Shown in pieces: positions 63,378-64,000 of a DNA stretch of 64,000 bases (positions are counted from its first letter, which is position 1; the number at the start of each line of letters is the position of its first letter). The translations under genes were made by a program, and so were the position numbers. A model generated the notes under the pieces. It did no database searches and was not told the origin of the DNA. It was given only the letters and a program-made list of their open reading frames with translations. Source of the stretch: Oscillospiraceae bacterium (GTDB lineage Bacteria; Bacillota; Clostridia; Oscillospirales; Ruminococcaceae). The stretch covers positions 19,955 to 83,954 of the forward strand of contig JAFRJM010000015.1 in assembly GCA_017432285.1 (NCBI GenBank). Direction: 5' to 3'.

Positions 63378-64000
63378 ATGCTCGTAAACGGATCCCAGGC
63401 AAAGTTTTTATTTAACGCCGCCCGTGAAGGACATTGGGCAATAGGCGCATTCAACATTATGGATTATATTACCGGCGAAGCTGTTATCAGCGCAGCCGAG
63501 GAACTGGATGTTCCGGTATGTCTTCAGCTTATGGACGGATACAATCCGGAGGCTCCGGAAGGAAGCAGAATGATGATGACCGAATCCCAGCAGCATAATC
63601 TGGACACATTCCTTATCAACAGATCCAAAGATGCAACCGTTCCTGTTATCCTGCACCTTGATCACTGCCCAACTTTTGCGGGATGTATGCGCGGTCTGAA
63701 ACGCGGACTTGCCTCGCTCATGCTTGATGCGTCTCAGCTTCCGTTTGACGAGAACGCAGCTATGGTAAAGAAAGTTGTTGAAGCAGCACACCCCTGCGGT
63801 GTTATTGTTGAAGGTGAGATCGGCCATGTTGGCGGTCACCCAAACAGCCATGGTGCTATCTACACCAATGTGGAAGACGCTGTTCGCTTTGAAGAAGCAA
63901 CAGGATGCGATCTGACTGCAGTTTCCATAGGAACAGTACATGGTTACTATGCAACTGAGCCGGTCCTCAATTATGAACGTATCGCTGAGATCCGCGAAGT
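63378..64000 (+). CDS. Class II fructose/tagatose-bisphosphate aldolase family protein (3' end outside window)
   Basis: Not in the ORF track (no stop in window). My translation: MLVNGSQAKFLFNAAREGHWAIGAFNIMDY...VILHLDHC...LMLDAS...VEGEIGHVGG...AVSIGTVHGYY, matching class II aldolase metal/active-site blocks. AGGAGG 63362-63367 before ATG 63378. Confidence 0.88.
   Translation, partial: MLVNGSQAKFLFNAAREGHWAIGAFNIMDYITGEAVISAAEELDVPVCLQLMDGYNPEAPEGSRMMMTESQQHNLDTFLINRSKDATVPVILHLDHCPTFAGCMRGLKRGLASLMLDASQLPFDENAAMVKKVVEAAHPCGVIVEGEIGHVGGHPNSHGAIYTNVEDAVRFEEATGCDLTAVSIGTVHGYYATEPVLNYERIAEIRE

Noticed and set aside
63408-63941. 177-aa minus-strand ORF at the right end of the window.
   Set aside because: The plus strand here encodes an obvious class II aldolase (ATG 63378 with an AGGAGG RBS). 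That gene is missing from the track only because it has no stop inside the window. The minus ORF is its shadow.
1-64000. Search by eye for tRNA/rRNA genes, CRISPR arrays, transposases, integrases and IS inverted repeats, especially at the ~12.2-kb compositional boundary.
   Set aside because: None recognised. No T-loop-like GGTTCGAAT motifs in intergenic regions, no repeat-spacer arrays, and no DDE or tyrosine/serine recombinase-like ORFs.

Overview
64-kb window from what looks like a Gram-positive anaerobe (Firmicutes/Clostridia-like). This is a tentative guess from GGAGG-type RBSs, abundant intrinsic terminators, an agr-type module and the gene content. All domain calls were made by eye from motifs; no searches were run.

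The window has two compositional regimes.

(1) About 1-12.2 kb is clearly AT-rich. It contains:
- an agr-like quorum-sensing cassette (LytTR regulator fragment, AgrC-like kinase, AgrB-like peptidase) with no visible AgrD;
- a defence-island-like stretch (2.4-9.4 kb) holding two predicted HEPN (Rx4-6H) proteins, one of them translationally coupled to a small beta-hairpin-repeat/(YPG)n protein, plus an AlbA_2/Schlafen-like ATPase-wHTH protein, a decayed orphan hsdS and a 909-aa SF1B helicase with a roughly 515-aa uncharacterised N-terminus;
- a promoter-leader-terminator element in front of a CASTOR/POLLUX-like cation-channel gene.

(2) About 12.2-64 kb is GC-richer and densely coding, mostly ordinary metabolism:
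- an OYE/enoate-reductase-type flavoprotein;
- two GH51 arabinofuranosidases and six alpha/beta-hydrolase esterases, all without signal peptides; one esterase has a Ser->Gly nucleophile;
- a GH51-RPE-like-SIS-GH32 operon;
- an MFS-acyltransferase pair;
- five ABC exporter genes (two heterodimeric pairs plus one single gene) and a MATE pump;
- an amino-acid ABC importer with an M20 amidohydrolase;
- Ogt, SPFH and PadR/DUF2812 genes;
- a DhaK/DhaL-ADH-isomerase-aldolase locus.

No rRNA, tRNA, CRISPR array, transposase or integrase was recognised.

The best candidate for something undescribed is the coupled repeat-protein/HEPN cassette (3640-4646), together with its HEPN and helicase neighbours. 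The second is the unclassified leader RNA at 9.9-10.16 kb.
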